From: Alphaproteobacteria bacterium
GTDB lineage: Bacteria; Pseudomonadota; Alphaproteobacteria; Bin95
Length of the DNA stretch: 64,000 bases
Direction: 5' to 3'
Assembly: GCA_964291285.2 (NCBI GenBank)
Contig: OZ219789.1
Span: 320,001 to 384,000, forward strand
How positions within the stretch are numbered: the first letter of the stretch is position 1; every line of letters begins with the position of its first letter. The translations under genes and the position numbers were made by a program. The notes below the pieces were generated by a model. It saw only the letters and a list, made by a program, of their open reading frames with translations. It made no database searches and was not told where the DNA came from. Below, piece by piece: positions 1-10,847 of the stretch.

Positions 1-210
1 GTCGGCAGCCCGGGCAGCAGGGGCGTTGCCCAGGGTTCCGACTCTGTCGGCGGCGAAGTGCCTCAGGCCGGCGAGTGGCAGGCTAAGCCCTATGGCGATA
101 GCGACACGAAGCGTCCGGTCGGCGTGATCGGCGACTTCAACGCCCACTTCTCGAACGGGCACGCTGCCGGCGCCTTCGCAACGAGGATGAAGACGGAGAC
201 GGCGGAGTAG
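1..210 (+). CDS. 3' end of Slam-dependent surface lipoprotein (TbpB-like C-terminal barrel), partial at window edge
   Basis: Frame 1 reads ...EWQAKPYGDSDTKRPVGVIGDFNAHFSNGHAAGAFATRMKTETAE*, clearly paralogous to the C-terminus of 48010..49623 (GIYGGFNAHFTDGHVAGAYATRKD); lies directly upstream of a Slam gene. Confidence 0.8.
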   Translation, partial: VGSPGSRGVAQGSDSVGGEVPQAGEWQAKPYGDSDTKRPVGVIGDFNAHFSNGHAAGAFATRMKTETAE

Positions 211-237
211 CCTGCTCCCGGAACATCCGCGTTCCCG

Positions 238-274
238 GGCCCCGGCCGCTTCGCGCGGCCGGGGCCTTCTTTCC
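238..274 (+). terminator. Intrinsic terminator between lipoprotein and Slam gene
   Basis: GGCCCCGGCCGC-TTCGC-GCGGCCGGGGCC 12-bp stem followed by TTCTTTCC. Confidence 0.65.
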
Positions 275-1573
275 TCCGGCGCCCTCCGGGCGGCCGGAGG
301 TTCCCTTTGCACGGACAGGGGTTTTCATGCGCATACCCGCTCTCGTCATTGCGGCCGGGCTGTATCTGTTCGCCGCCGCGGCCCACGGCCAGGACGCGAC
401 CGGCGAGCGGTTCCGGGCGGGCATGGAGGCGCTTGCCGCCGCGCAGGCCGCCGCGGACCGGGACGCCCGCGACGGGAAGCTCGACGAGGCGATTGCGGCG
501 TTCCGGGCCATCCTGGTGGACCGCCCGGACCTGGTGCGGGTGCGCCTCGAACTCGCGCACGCCTTCTTCCTGAAGGAGGAGGACAGCCTGGCGCGGCGGC
601 ATTTCGAACAGGTGCTGGCGGGGACGCCGCCGCCGGCGGTGGCCGCCAACATCCGGCGCTTTCTCGACATCATGCGCGCGCGGCGGCGCTGGGAGGCGCA
701 TTTCGGCCTGGCGGTGGCGCCCGACAGCAACCTCAACGCCGCATCGGGAGAGCGCACGATCTTTCTCGACACGCCGTTAGGGCGCCTGCCCTTCACCCTC
801 GACGGCGACGTGTCGCGCAAGTCGGGCATCGGCGTCTCGCTGTGGGGCGGCGGCGAATACCAGGTTCCGCTTTCGCCGGCCCTGCGGCTGCGCGCCGGGG
901 CGGACGCCAGCGCGCGGGAATACAAGGGCGGGGCGTTCGACCGCCATTCGCTCTCGGCCCATATCGGCCCGCGCCGGCTGATCGACGGGAGCACGGAGGC
1001 GAGCCTGCTGGCGGTGGTGGACCGGCAGTGGACCGCCGGGCGGCCCGAGACCGACCGCTTCGGCGTCCGGCTGGAAGGCGCGCACCGCCTGACGCCGCGC
1101 CTCGCCCTGTTCGCCCACGCCAGCGCCACCCGGCGCAACTGCCGCGGCTGCAACCATCTCGACGGCCCGGTAGGCGATGCGATGCTCGGCGCAAGCTGGG
1201 CCGCCCTGCCGATCCTGCGCCTCGGCGGCCATGCCGGATACAACTGGACCCGCGCCAATGCCGGACACTGGCGCAACCGCGGACCCCGGGCCGGCCTCGG
1301 CGCGACGCTCGCGCTGCCGGCCGGCTTCACCCTCGGCCTGCGCGCCTCCCTGCAGCGCGCCGCATACCGGGGACAGGGCTTCGCCCACAATACCATCGAC
1401 CGCAGGCCGCGCCGGGACGAGACGCGCAGCCTCTCGCTCTCCGTGCACAACCGCGCCGTCACCGTGCTCGGCTTCAGCCCCCGCCTCTGTATCCGTTCGG
1501 GTTCCGGGGGATCGTATGCCTCCACGGATTTTCTGACTGGTAACTACTTCGCGCATGCGCTACGGTCTCGCGC

Positions 1574-3739
1574 ATGGCGGTTTTCGACGCGGATTTCTGC
1601 ACCGACCTGACGCTGGCCGAGGGGGGCGACACCTTGTGGTCGCCTCCCATGGTGATGCCGGCGTGCGAGCCGCTCGACTGGGCGTCTGTGCTTGAAGAGG
1701 CAGAGGCGCGGATCGAGGAGGAACGGGGTCGCGCACGCGTGGCGGAGTTGCGCCGCGAGGAACTGCGCTGGTCGGAGAGGGACGCCTGTACGCGCGTGCG
1801 TTCTCTGGAGAGGCAGCTTGAGACTTGCCGGTTCAAGCTCAAGTTGGCCGTAACCAGGACCGCGTCGCGGGCCATGAAGGCGTTGGAGCGCAGGGTCGAG
1901 TATCAGGACGACGAGATCGCCGGTCTTTACCTCTCGTTGCGCCGGTCTCACGAGCACCGGGAGCGGGTCGAGGCGCGCCACCGGGACGAGATCAACTGGT
2001 TGAAGCAGGACATCGACCGGGAGCGCTCGCGGCTCGCGAAGGTACACCGCGAGGGCGAGCGCGTGGCCGAATCTCTGCGCAGGCGGTTCGACCGGCATCT
2101 CGCCGCGGCCAGGCGGCTGGTGAAGGCCGGGGAGGGCACGATCGCGTGGCTGCGCGCGCGCAACGACCGGCTGCGGGCGGCGGTCGTGCGGGCCACGGAG
2201 CTGATCGGGTCGCTGCGGGAGAAGAATGCCGGGCTGCGCGCCGAGGTGCGGGATCTGAAGGGCGAGAATGCCGCGCTGGCCGCGCGGGTCGAGAAGCTGG
2301 AAGGCGACCTCGACAAGCTGCGCTCGACCCGCAGCGTCCTGTCGAAGGCGCTCTACGGCAGCAGGAGCGAGCGGCAGAAGAAGCCGGGCACCGGGCGCGA
2401 GCGCGGCCAGCAGCGCGGCACCGCCGGGCACGGCCGCACCCGGCGCCCCGGGCTCAGGAAGAAGAAGGAGACGCGCGACCCGCCGGAAGATGCGCGGATC
2501 TGCCCGCGTTGCGGCAAGCCCTATGTCGCCAACGGCGAGCGGCGCACCACCCTCTTCGAGATCGATGTCGAGGCCTGCGAGCGCACCATCGTCCGGTCGC
2601 GCTGGCGCCGGGCTTGCGACTGCGCCTCCGCGCCGCGGGAGGTGACCGCGCCGCCGGCGGTGCGACTGTTCGAGACCACGCCTTACGGGATCAGCGTCTG
2701 GACGTGCATGCTCTACGAACGGTTCGTCTGCTGCCGGCCGCTGCATCGGGTCGCGGCCTGGCTGGCCGACATGGGGCTGACGATCTCGCCGGGCACCCTG
2801 GCCGACAGCATCAAGCGCTTCGTGCCGCTGTTCGAGCCGCTGGCCGAGGCGATCCTTGCGCACCAGAACACCGCGGCCCTGCGCCATGCCGACGAAACAT
2901 CCTGGCGCGTTCAGGCCTGGCGCGAGAAAGGCCGGTCGAGCCGCGCCTGGCTGTGGACCTCGGTGAGCCCGGACGCGGTCTATTACCACATCGATCCCTC
3001 GCGCAGCGCCGAGGTCGCGATGAAGCTGTTCGGTTCGACACAGGGCATCGTGGTTCTGGTCTGCGACCGGTTCAGCGCCTACAGAAAGCTGGCCCGCGAA
3101 CTCGCCGGCAAGGTGATCCTGCAATGGTGCTGGGCGCACCAAAGGCGCTCGTTCATCGACGGCGCGGCCGGGCGGGTGCGGCTCAGGCGCTGGTGCCAGA
3201 GATGGATCGAGCGGATCGCGGAGATCTACCGGCTCAACGAGGCGCGGCTGGAGCATTACGACCCCGCTCACCCTCTCGAACGCCAGACGCCGGCGTTCGA
3301 CGTCGCGCACGCCAGGCTGAAGAAGGCGGTCGACGAGCTGTTCGCGGCCGCCGAAGCGGAACTGGCCGGGCTGACGGACAGGGCGCGCAGGGCCAGGCCG
3401 CTGCGCTCGCTCCTCAAGCACCGCGAGGGGCTGTGCGTCTTCGTCGACAAGCCGTTCGTGCCCATGGACAACAACCGCGGCGAACTCTCCCTGCGCTTCG
3501 CGGTCATCGGGCGACGGCTCTCGTTCGGCTCCGACAGCGAGAAAGGCGCCGGGTTCACGGCAACGATGTACTCGGTGGCCGGCACGCTGGCGATCAACGG
3601 CATCGACGTCCGGCGCTGGCTCGGTGAATGGCTGACCGCGTGCGCGGAGAACGGCGGCGAGCCGCCGGAAGACCTCTCGCCCTGGCTGCCGTGGTCGATG
3701 AGCGAGGCGCGCCGGCGCGAACTCGCGGCGGCGGGATGA
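1574..3739 (+). CDS. IS66 family transposase (TnpC-type) with long N-terminal coiled coil
   Basis: LYGSRSER, CPRCG zinc knuckle, HADETSW, CDRFSAY, CWAHQRR, MDNNRGE motifs; 721 aa. Confidence 0.9.
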   Translation: MAVFDADFCTDLTLAEGGDTLWSPPMVMPACEPLDWASVLEEAEARIEEERGRARVAELRREELRWSERDACTRVRSLERQLETCRFKLKLAVTRTASRAMKALERRVEYQDDEIAGLYLSLRRSHEHRERVEARHRDEINWLKQDIDRERSRLAKVHREGERVAESLRRRFDRHLAAARRLVKAGEGTIAWLRARNDRLRAAVVRATELIGSLREKNAGLRAEVRDLKGENAALAARVEKLEGDLDKLRSTRSVLSKALYGSRSERQKKPGTGRERGQQRGTAGHGRTRRPGLRKKKETRDPPEDARICPRCGKPYVANGERRTTLFEIDVEACERTIVRSRWRRACDCASAPREVTAPPAVRLFETTPYGISVWTCMLYERFVCCRPLHRVAAWLADMGLTISPGTLADSIKRFVPLFEPLAEAILAHQNTAALRHADETSWRVQAWREKGRSSRAWLWTSVSPDAVYYHIDPSRSAEVAMKLFGSTQGIVVLVCDRFSAYRKLARELAGKVILQWCWAHQRRSFIDGAAGRVRLRRWCQRWIERIAEIYRLNEARLEHYDPAHPLERQTPAFDVAHARLKKAVDELFAAAEAELAGLTDRARRARPLRSLLKHREGLCVFVDKPFVPMDNNRGELSLRFAVIGRRLSFGSDSEKGAGFTATMYSVAGTLAINGIDVRRWLGEWLTACAENGGEPPEDLSPWLPWSMSEARRRELAAAG

Positions 3740-4617
3740 CCGGCGCGGTCGAGTGTCGCTATTACGGGCGCGACTTCACCGAAGATGAAATGGCGCTGCT
3801 GCGTGCCCTGATCGCCGATCCCGCCCCGCTCTCCCGCCGCGCCCTGTCGATCGAGTTCTGCCGGCGCATCGGCTGGCTCAAGCCCGACGGCGGACTGAAG
3901 GACATGATGGCCCGTGTCGCCATGCTCGCCATGCACAAGGACGGGCTCATCGAGCTGCCGCCGCCGAGGGGGCGGCAGCACCGGCCCAGGCCGGTCCAGT
4001 TCGGACCCGACACCGAACCGCCGCTGTTCCCGGCGCCCACGACCCTCGACGAGGTCCGCCCGCTCGACTTCCGCACCGTCGTGCACAGCACCCGCGAAGG
4101 CAGGCTCTGGAACGAGTTCATCGCCCGCTACCACTATCTCGGACACAAGACACTGGTCGGCGCCCAGATGCGCTATGCCGTCCACGACCGCAACGGCTGG
4201 CCCGTCGCCATGCTCGGCTTCTCCACCGCCGCATGGAAGCTCGCCCCGCGCGACCGCTTCATCGGATGGACGCCCGAACTGCGCGAAAAGAACCTTCCTC
4301 TCGTCGTCGACAACCCGCGCTTCCTGATCCTGCCCTGGATCGAGATCCCCAACCTCGGCTCGCACATCCTCGCCATCGTGCGCCGCCGCCTGCCCATCGA
4401 CTGGACCGGGCGCTACAACATCACGCCGGTGCTCATCGAGACCTTCGTCGAAACGCCCCGCTACACCGGTGCCGTATACCGCGCATCGGGCTGGACCCGC
4501 GTCGGGACCACCCAGGGCCGGGGACGCTACGACAGGCACAACAAACGAGACCAGCCGAAAAAGGACATCTGGCTCCGCACACTGCGAAAAGACTGGCAAC
4601 GCACCCTCAATCGGTAG
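3736..4617 (+). CDS. DUF4338 (DruA-like) domain protein inside IS66
   Basis: ATGA overlap with transposase stop; WNEFIARYHYLG, NPRFLILPW, ETFVE, GAVYRASGW, GTTQGRGR motifs typical of DUF4338. Confidence 0.82.
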   Translation: MTGAVECRYYGRDFTEDEMALLRALIADPAPLSRRALSIEFCRRIGWLKPDGGLKDMMARVAMLAMHKDGLIELPPPRGRQHRPRPVQFGPDTEPPLFPAPTTLDEVRPLDFRTVVHSTREGRLWNEFIARYHYLGHKTLVGAQMRYAVHDRNGWPVAMLGFSTAAWKLAPRDRFIGWTPELREKNLPLVVDNPRFLILPWIEIPNLGSHILAIVRRRLPIDWTGRYNITPVLIETFVETPRYTGAVYRASGWTRVGTTQGRGRYDRHNKRDQPKKDIWLRTLRKDWQRTLNR

Positions 4618-4834
4618 AAGCACAACCGTCGCCCCGGTGTGAAAATGCCGACAAGCGGATAACCCAATCCTCATCCCCCGGAACCCGAACGGATACCCGC
4701 CTCTCGCTCATCCGCGAGGAGCGCGATACCAACGCCCAGGCCCTCGACTACGACCGCAACCGCGCCGAACTCTCCTTCGTGCGACAGTTCTGACCGGACA
4801 CGCCGATAGCGGCAGCATCGGGCCGGGTCGTGCA

Positions 4835-5978
4835 TCAAGCCTCCAGCACGGCGCTCATGGCCTGCCCGACGCGTTCCGCGGCGGCTTCGATGTCGCGGTC
4901 GGCGAGATGGGCGTAGCGCAGCGTCATCCTCGCACTGGAATGCCCGAGCAGGCGGGAGACCACCGGGACAGGCACGCCGTTCATCACCGCATGGCTGGCC
5001 ATGGTATGCCGGAGATCATGAAGGCGGACATCCCCGATGCCGGCTTCGCGTCTGACGCGGTACCAGAGCGGCAGGTCGGGGCTGCGCGGGCGGGCGGGGT
5101 CGCGGCGAGGGGAACACGAACGCGCTGCCCGTGCGCGGCTGCCGGTCGAGAATGGCCCGCGCGCCGCTGCCGAGCGGAATGGTCCTCGGTCCGGTCTTGG
5201 CATCGGTGAGCGCCAGCCCGTCCTCGCGGACTTCCGACCAGCCGAGGCCCGTGATCTCGCTTCTGCGGCAGCCGGTCAGCAGCAGGAGGCGGATAATGTC
5301 GGCCTGCTGCCGCGCGCTCTTCCGGGTCTGCGCGTCCAGGGCGGCATGGAGGCGTGCGAGTTCCTCCCGGGACAGGAACCGCGTGAGCGCCGGGCGGCGG
5401 TTCCTTCTTGTGTCCCTGGCCGGATTGACCTCGACATGACCGCAGGCGAGGGCGAAGTTCATGATCTGGTGAAGGAGGGCGAAAGCGCGGTTGGCGCCGC
5501 CCGGCGCGGTCCGGCTGTAACGGTCGAACCATTGCCGGACATGGCCCGGCGCAATGCGGTCGAGCGGCTTCGGGCCGAATGCGGGAAGCAATTGTCGCCG
5601 GAGTATCCCGGACGCGGTTTGCTGGCCCGACGGCTTGTAGCGGTCGAAGTGGGCCTCCTTCCATGGACCGGCGACGAAATCCCGGAACAGCGGGACCGGC
5701 CGCGCCCGCGCGGTTTCCACCTCGGGCTCGGGGTTCGCCTTGCGGGCATGGCATTCCCTGTGAACCTCTTCCAGGCTTTTCACCCCGACCGGACCGAGCG
5801 AGACGCGCTTCGTGCGCCCGCCGCTGTCGAGCAGCAGCACCCAGCTGCGCCCGCCGGTGGGCCGCACCCGGACGCCGAGACCGGCGATGCGCGTGTCCCG
5901 GACCGTATATTCCCACTCGCGGGGGCGGAAACGGGCGACGGCGGCGTCGGTGAGTTTCATCCGTTCCCGGCCCGCCAT
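4835..5978 (-). pseudogene. Tyrosine recombinase/integrase B, copy 1, frameshifted
   Basis: Near-identical to 24664..25875; 2-nt loss in a GC dinucleotide run near 5100 splits it into ORFs 5016..5978 and 4835..5203 (HDLRH, LGH, LRY in second frame). Confidence 0.88.
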
Positions 5979-5981
5979 CGC

Positions 5982-6682
5982 TCAATCCCCCACCAGCGCC
6001 GCGCCGACGGTCTCGGCGGCGTCCTGCACCATGGCGTCGGCGACATGGGTATATTTCAGCGTGGTTTCCGGCCTGCGGTGGCCCAGCAGCCGGCCGATGG
6101 CGAGCACCGTCTCGCCCTGCCTGAGGGCAAGGCTCGCATGCGTATGGCGCAGGTCGTGAAGGCGGGCGTCCTCCAGGTCCGCCTCGGCGCGGACCCGGTT
6201 CCAGAAGTGGAACAGCCAGCTTCCGCTCCGGGGCCGGTCGCCCCTCGATGCCGGGAATATCCACCGCCCCTTCCGCTCGAGACGATCAAGCACCGTCCGG
6301 GCCGGCTCCGACAGCCAGACTGTCCGGGGTTCCGTCTTGGAATCGCGCAGGAACAGGCGGCCTTCGCGGTAGTCGGACCATTGCAGGGTGAGGATCTCGC
6401 CCTTGCGGCAGCCGGTCAGCAGCAGCAGGCGGATGACGGCGACATGCTGCGGCCAGCGGGCCTCATGCGCCTTGAGCCTCCCGGACAGGCGGTGGATTTC
6501 CTCGTCCGGGAGGAACCGCTCACGGCCCTTGCGGCGGTAGCGCCTGATCCCCCGGCAGGGGTTGGACCCTTCCGGGCGCAGGCCCATGGCCTCCGCCTCC
6601 CTCATGATGACGGACAGCACCGGCATGGAGCGGTCCGCCGCCACCGGCAGCGCGCAGGCTGGCGAACCAGTTCCTTACCTCC
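5982..6682 (-). pseudogene. Tyrosine recombinase/integrase A, copy 1, 5'-truncated
   Basis: Matches C-terminal part of 23540..24664 (TGCRKGE, HDLRH, LGH, LKY); homology stops at EVRNWFA (~6680) with an additional frameshift near 6650. Confidence 0.85.
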
Positions 6683-6981
6683 CGCGCGATCGCCGCCGGC
6701 CTGAGGCCGGCCTCGAAGGCGGCGAGGATCGGCTTTTCCTGCCCCTGCGTCACCGGCGCGGGCCTGGCGTGCACCCTTCCTCCAGCCGTCTTGCCGGCCT
6801 GCCGCCCGCGCCTGCGGGCCTCGGCTGTCGCCGCTTCGACCGGCCGGTCGAGGTCCGCGTCGTCGAGATGGCGGAGCGAGCGGTCGAGGTCGGCGGGCAG
6901 GGCGAATGCGCCCGACCGGCTCCCGCCGCGCTTTCCCGTCTCGCCACCCGGGCGCGCCGTCCTTCCTGCGCGTTGCCCCAC
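6683..6981 (-). pseudogene. Small HTH-like hypothetical protein, 3'-truncated and fused to integrase A remnant
   Basis: LPADLDRSLRHLDDADLDR...ILAAFEAGLRPAAIARE resembles small alphaproteobacterial HTH proteins; reads directly into integrase EVRNWFA. Confidence 0.5.
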
Positions 6982-7246
6982 CTCCGCGGTTTTTCCTGTC
7001 GCCAGTGAGCGCGTCGCGTGTGCGCTGGTCGATTGCAGCCCGAACGTGCCGGTGTGGCCATGGCCGGGGCGCTTTCCAGCTACCCGTCACCCGTGCCGCC
7101 GGCCTGCCGCCCGACGCCGGGAACACCGCCTCCCCCGCTCCGCGCCGGCAGGAGGGAAGGTCTGGCCGTGAGCGGGGCGGCGGTCGGCGCTTCGGAGGGC
7201 GGGGCGCTGCCGCCGGGTTTCACCACGGCACGATGGAGACGGCAGC

Positions 7247-7579
7247 ATGACGGCAGCAAGGATGGCGATGCCCGGCAATACGGCGAGCACGTTTCTGGTC
7301 CACTATTTCGGCGGCGGCCTCGACGGCGACGACCGCTTCGTGGTCGAGCGGTTCCGCGCCCTGGCCTGCGGCGACATTCGTCCGGTCCGGGACGGCGAGG
7401 AGAACGCGAAGGGGCGGCGCAAGGTCGGGCGCACCGTGGTCTCGCGCAAGGAAGCCGAGGCGATGCGCCCGGAGCGCACCGAGATCATCATCTGCACCGG
7501 CCTTCGCACCCGTGGCGGGAAACAGGCCTGGGGTTCGGTTGCGGCGGGCCTCCTGTGCGACCGCAAGCAGCGCGGCTGA
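7247..7579 (+). CDS. Hypothetical protein (110 aa)
   Basis: GGAG RBS-like site upstream, plausible codon usage, co-oriented with downstream gene. Confidence 0.5.
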   Translation: MTAARMAMPGNTASTFLVHYFGGGLDGDDRFVVERFRALACGDIRPVRDGEENAKGRRKVGRTVVSRKEAEAMRPERTEIIICTGLRTRGGKQAWGSVAAGLLCDRKQRG

Positions 7580-7666
7580 GCGCTTTCCCGAAGGACGTCC
7601 CGCCGGCCCGGCCGGGTCGGCCGGGCGTCCCTCTTCCGTTTTCCCCACGGCAAGGAGAACGCTCCC

Positions 7667-8644
7667 ATGTGCGAGCAGCAGGACATCGGGGCCCGGCGCG
7701 CGCGCGACAAGTGTATCGGGTGCGGCAAGCGCGAACCCGCGCCCGCACGGACCCTGTGCGCGTCCTGCGGCAAGAAGCGGAACCGGGCGAGCCGGGCCAG
7801 GGACGCAAGGCTGCGCACCGCCGGCCTCCCCCGGAGAGACCCCGACAAGGCCCGCGCCCAAGAGCGCGACCGGTCCCGCCGCGAGGCTGAAATGCGCCGC
7901 GACGCCGGGCTCTGCATCCGGTGCGGCAATGCGCCGGCCGTGGAGGGCCGCGCGTCGTGCGAGCCGTGCCTGGAGAAACGCCGCGCCGACGACCGCGCCC
8001 GCTACGCCGCCTGCAAGGCTGCCGGGCTGCCCTATGGCGGCGCCAATGCGGAGGCAAAACGCAAGGCCGCCCGCCTCAAGAGCAGGCGCCGCCAGAAGGC
8101 AAGGGCCGAGGCCGGCCTCTGCATCCGCTGCGGCAGGCAGCCCCCCGTCAAGGGTGGAACCACCTGCCAGCCCTGCCGGGACAAGAGGCAGGCGGCGGAA
8201 CGGCGGCAATATGACGAACGCAGGACCGGGGGCCGTTGCACACGCTGCGGGCAGCCGGCCTTCGACGGCCTCTCGCGCTGTGGCCCCTGCGCCGCCATCG
8301 AAAAGGCCAGCCGGAAACCGGAGCGCAAGAACGCACGCTCCCGGCAGTTGTACGCCCGACGCCGGGCCGCCGGCCTGTGCACGGCCTGCGGGGCGCCGTC
8401 ACAGGGGGCGGCGCGCTGTGCGAACTGTGCCGAGAGGTCGTATCAAGGGTCGGCGCATTTCAGGGGCATCCCGGTCCACGAGCCGGTCTGGACCGTGATC
8501 GAACTGGAGACCGGCCGCGAGCACGGCCCGTTCGACGATCCGGCCGATGTCGCCCTCTGCCTCGCCTTCGGGAAGCTCGACCGCAACCGCGTCGAGATCG
8601 TCGCCGACGCCCCCGTCACCGCCTCCTTCACCGCCTGGACCTGA
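7667..8644 (+). CDS. Cys/Arg-rich repeat protein with five CxxC-x(9-11)-CxxC units
   Basis: AAGGAG RBS; CIGC..CASC, CIRC..CEPC, CIRC..CQPC, CTRC..CGPC, CTAC..CANC separated by Arg-rich helices. Confidence 0.8.
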   Translation: MCEQQDIGARRARDKCIGCGKREPAPARTLCASCGKKRNRASRARDARLRTAGLPRRDPDKARAQERDRSRREAEMRRDAGLCIRCGNAPAVEGRASCEPCLEKRRADDRARYAACKAAGLPYGGANAEAKRKAARLKSRRRQKARAEAGLCIRCGRQPPVKGGTTCQPCRDKRQAAERRQYDERRTGGRCTRCGQPAFDGLSRCGPCAAIEKASRKPERKNARSRQLYARRRAAGLCTACGAPSQGAARCANCAERSYQGSAHFRGIPVHEPVWTVIELETGREHGPFDDPADVALCLAFGKLDRNRVEIVADAPVTASFTAWT

Positions 8645-8724
8645 CATGCTGTCCCGGGCGGCGATGGCGGCGCTCGCCTGGCCGCGATCCGCCGCGCCGT
8701 CCCTGTGTCGTGGAGAGGAGTGAA

Positions 8725-10420
8725 CCTAAATCCGGCATTTGAGGATGGCGTGGCCTTGCCGAATCCCTTGTAGTCTGCGGATATGAGCGGCTTTTCAGGG
8801 GCCGAAGAGGCTCACCCTGTGGGTGATTATCCTGGCGCTGTGCGGGATGTCGCCCGAGCGTCGGTGAAGGTGGACACCTTCGGCGGCGCGGTTCATGTGG
8901 AATGGGACCCTGATGCGGCGGTAACGCCGCTGGGCCATCTGGCGTTTTTCGCGGAATAGCTGAAGGTGAGCGGTCGCTTTGACGCTTTGGTTGCGGACTG
9001 CCCGCTGCGGTACACGAGCCCGAACGCGCCGTCGAAGCGGGATGTCCTGGGGACGGTTCTTCTGTCGGTTCTGGCGGGGCAATCGCGGTATGCGCACATC
9101 ACGTCGCTGCGCGGCGACGGGGTGAACCCTGCGCTGCTGGGTATGGACAAGGTTGCGAGCGAGGATTCGGTGCGGCGCGGTCTGGAGCGGATCGGTGCGG
9201 AGGCCGGCACATCGTGGCTTCAGGGCCATCTGGACGAGGTGGTCCGTCCGCTGCTGAGGGAGCCGTGGGTTCTGGACTGCGACACGACGATCAAGGCGCT
9301 TTACGGTCGTCAGGAGGGAGCGGTTGTGAGCTACAACCCGAAGAAGCCGGGCCGCCCCTCGCATGCCTGCCATGCGTTCCTGATGGCGGGCACGCGGCTT
9401 GTTCTTGATGTCGAGGTGGCGCCGGGCAACCATCACCATTCGAGGCGCGCGGCGCCGTCCTTGTGGGCGTTGCTCGACCGTCTTGGGCGGGATCGCTGGC
9501 CGCGTCTGGTGCGGGGCGACAAGGACTGGGGCAGCGAGGCCAACATGGCGTCGTGCGAGGCTGCGGGTCCGGACTATCTGTTCAAGCTGCGCCTGACGAA
9601 GGGGGCGCGCCGGCTTGCCGGGCGGCTGATGGCGCGGGACGGCTGGGAGGATGCGGGCCAGGGCTGGTCGGGGATCGGGGCCGATCTGCGTCTGCAGGGC
9701 TGGAGCCGGACGCGCCGGGTTGTGGTGCTGCGCCGGCGGCTTCCTGCGACGCTGGCGCTGACGCGTGGCGACAAGGCCCGGGGCGAGCTGTTCCGGACCG
9801 GGGCGCAGCCCGGCACCGGGGTGTGGGAGTTCGCGGTGCTGGCGACCTCGCTGGACCTGGAGATACGCTCGCTGGCCCGGCTCTACCGCGACCGGGCGGA
9901 CGCGGAGAACGGCTTCGACGAGTTGAAGAACCAGTGGGGCTGGGGCGGCTTCACCACGCGCGACCTGACGCGCTGCCGGCACATGGCCCGGCTGGTCGCG
10001 CTCATCTGCAACTGGTGGAGCCTGTTCGTGCGCCTCGCCGACCCCGACCATCACCGCGAGGCGATCACCAGCCGGCCGCTGCTCCTGCACGGGGTTGCCC
10101 GCCAGACCCACCACGCCGGCCAGACCCGGCTGACGGTGACCTCCCATCACGGGCGTCGCAAGACGGTGATGGCGGCGCTGCGCCGGATCGCCGGCTTCTT
10201 CCGGTCGCTGACGCAAACTGCGGAGCAGTTGAGCGCCGGGGATCGCTGGCGCCGCATCCTCGCCGAGGCGCTCAGGAAATACCTCCATGGCCGCGAACCG
10301 GGGCGTCAACCCTGGCTGCCGCCACCCAGGGCCGCGACCGCGTGCTGAAATCCACGCCCAAATCCGGCCGTTCACACTACCCCGAGACAGCGATCAAGCC
10401 CGTCAAATGCCGGATTTAGG
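8725..10420 (+). mobile_element. IS1380-family insertion sequence, copy 1
   Basis: 18-bp IRs CCTAAATCCGGCATTTGA / TCAAATGCCGGATTTAGG; 5-bp target duplication GTGAA (8720-8724, 10421-10425). Confidence 0.9.
8783..10348 (+). pseudogene. IS1380-family transposase with premature stop
   Basis: In-frame TAG at 8957-8959 where copy 2 has TAT (Tyr); otherwise collinear with 16946..18511. Confidence 0.88.
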
Positions 10421-10847
10421 GTGAAGCGCCTGCCGGGCGAGTGTCCGGCAGGGCGGAGGAGAGGACTCCCCGCCGATGCCGGATCGATGTCCGGCACAGG
10501 TCGCCGGGCAGGGCAACGGCAAAGGAGACCCCGCCCATGTTTCATCCCGATACATCCCTCGACCTTCCGCTCGGCTGCGACTTGCTCGCCGAACTCGGCG
10601 TCGACCGTCGCACCGTCCGCGAGATCGCCGGGGACGAGCGCGCCATCCGCTGCCCCGACAGGGGCGCGGCCTGTCCGGAACACGGCTTCGCGAGCCTCTT
10701 CCCGGAACCGGCGTCGTCGTTCTCTCCGGGCGGTCAGGGGTAGAGGAGGGCCTGAAGAGATTGAACGGGCGGGGGTTCGGGGGAGTGACCCCGGTCCCGG
10801 TCGTTCGCAACCCATCGTCATGAACACGAACCTGAAGGAGTATCGCA

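Larger units (their letters stand above)
1489..4696 (+). mobile_element. IS66-family-like insertion sequence, copy 1 (3208 bp): transposase plus DUF4338 gene
   Basis: Perfect 24-bp terminal IRs GTATCCGTTCGGGTTCCGGGGGAT / ATCCCCCGGAACCCGAACGGATAC; 8-bp target duplication CCGCCTCT (1481-1488, 4697-4704). Confidence 0.95.
327..4793 (+). pseudogene. Surface lipoprotein assembly modifier (Slam/DUF560 outer-membrane protein) interrupted by IS66-like element
   Basis: 327..1488 is collinear with intact paralog 43658..44932; the missing C-terminus (SLIREERDTNAQALDYDRNRAELSFVRQF*) resumes after the IS at 4697..4793. Confidence 0.88.

Noticed and set aside
327-1610. Intact 427-aa Slam ORF as listed in the ORF track
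   Set aside because: The last ~40 codons are read-through into IS66; the real C-terminus is at 4697..4793.
1544-3627. Long antisense and alternative-frame ORFs (625 aa, 600 aa) and similar shadow ORFs across the window
   Set aside because: Arg/Pro/Gly-rich shadows of high-GC genes with no recognisable motifs.
3736-4617. Druantia defence system
   Set aside because: Only the DUF4338 domain is present, inside IS ends; no DruE helicase or other dru genes.
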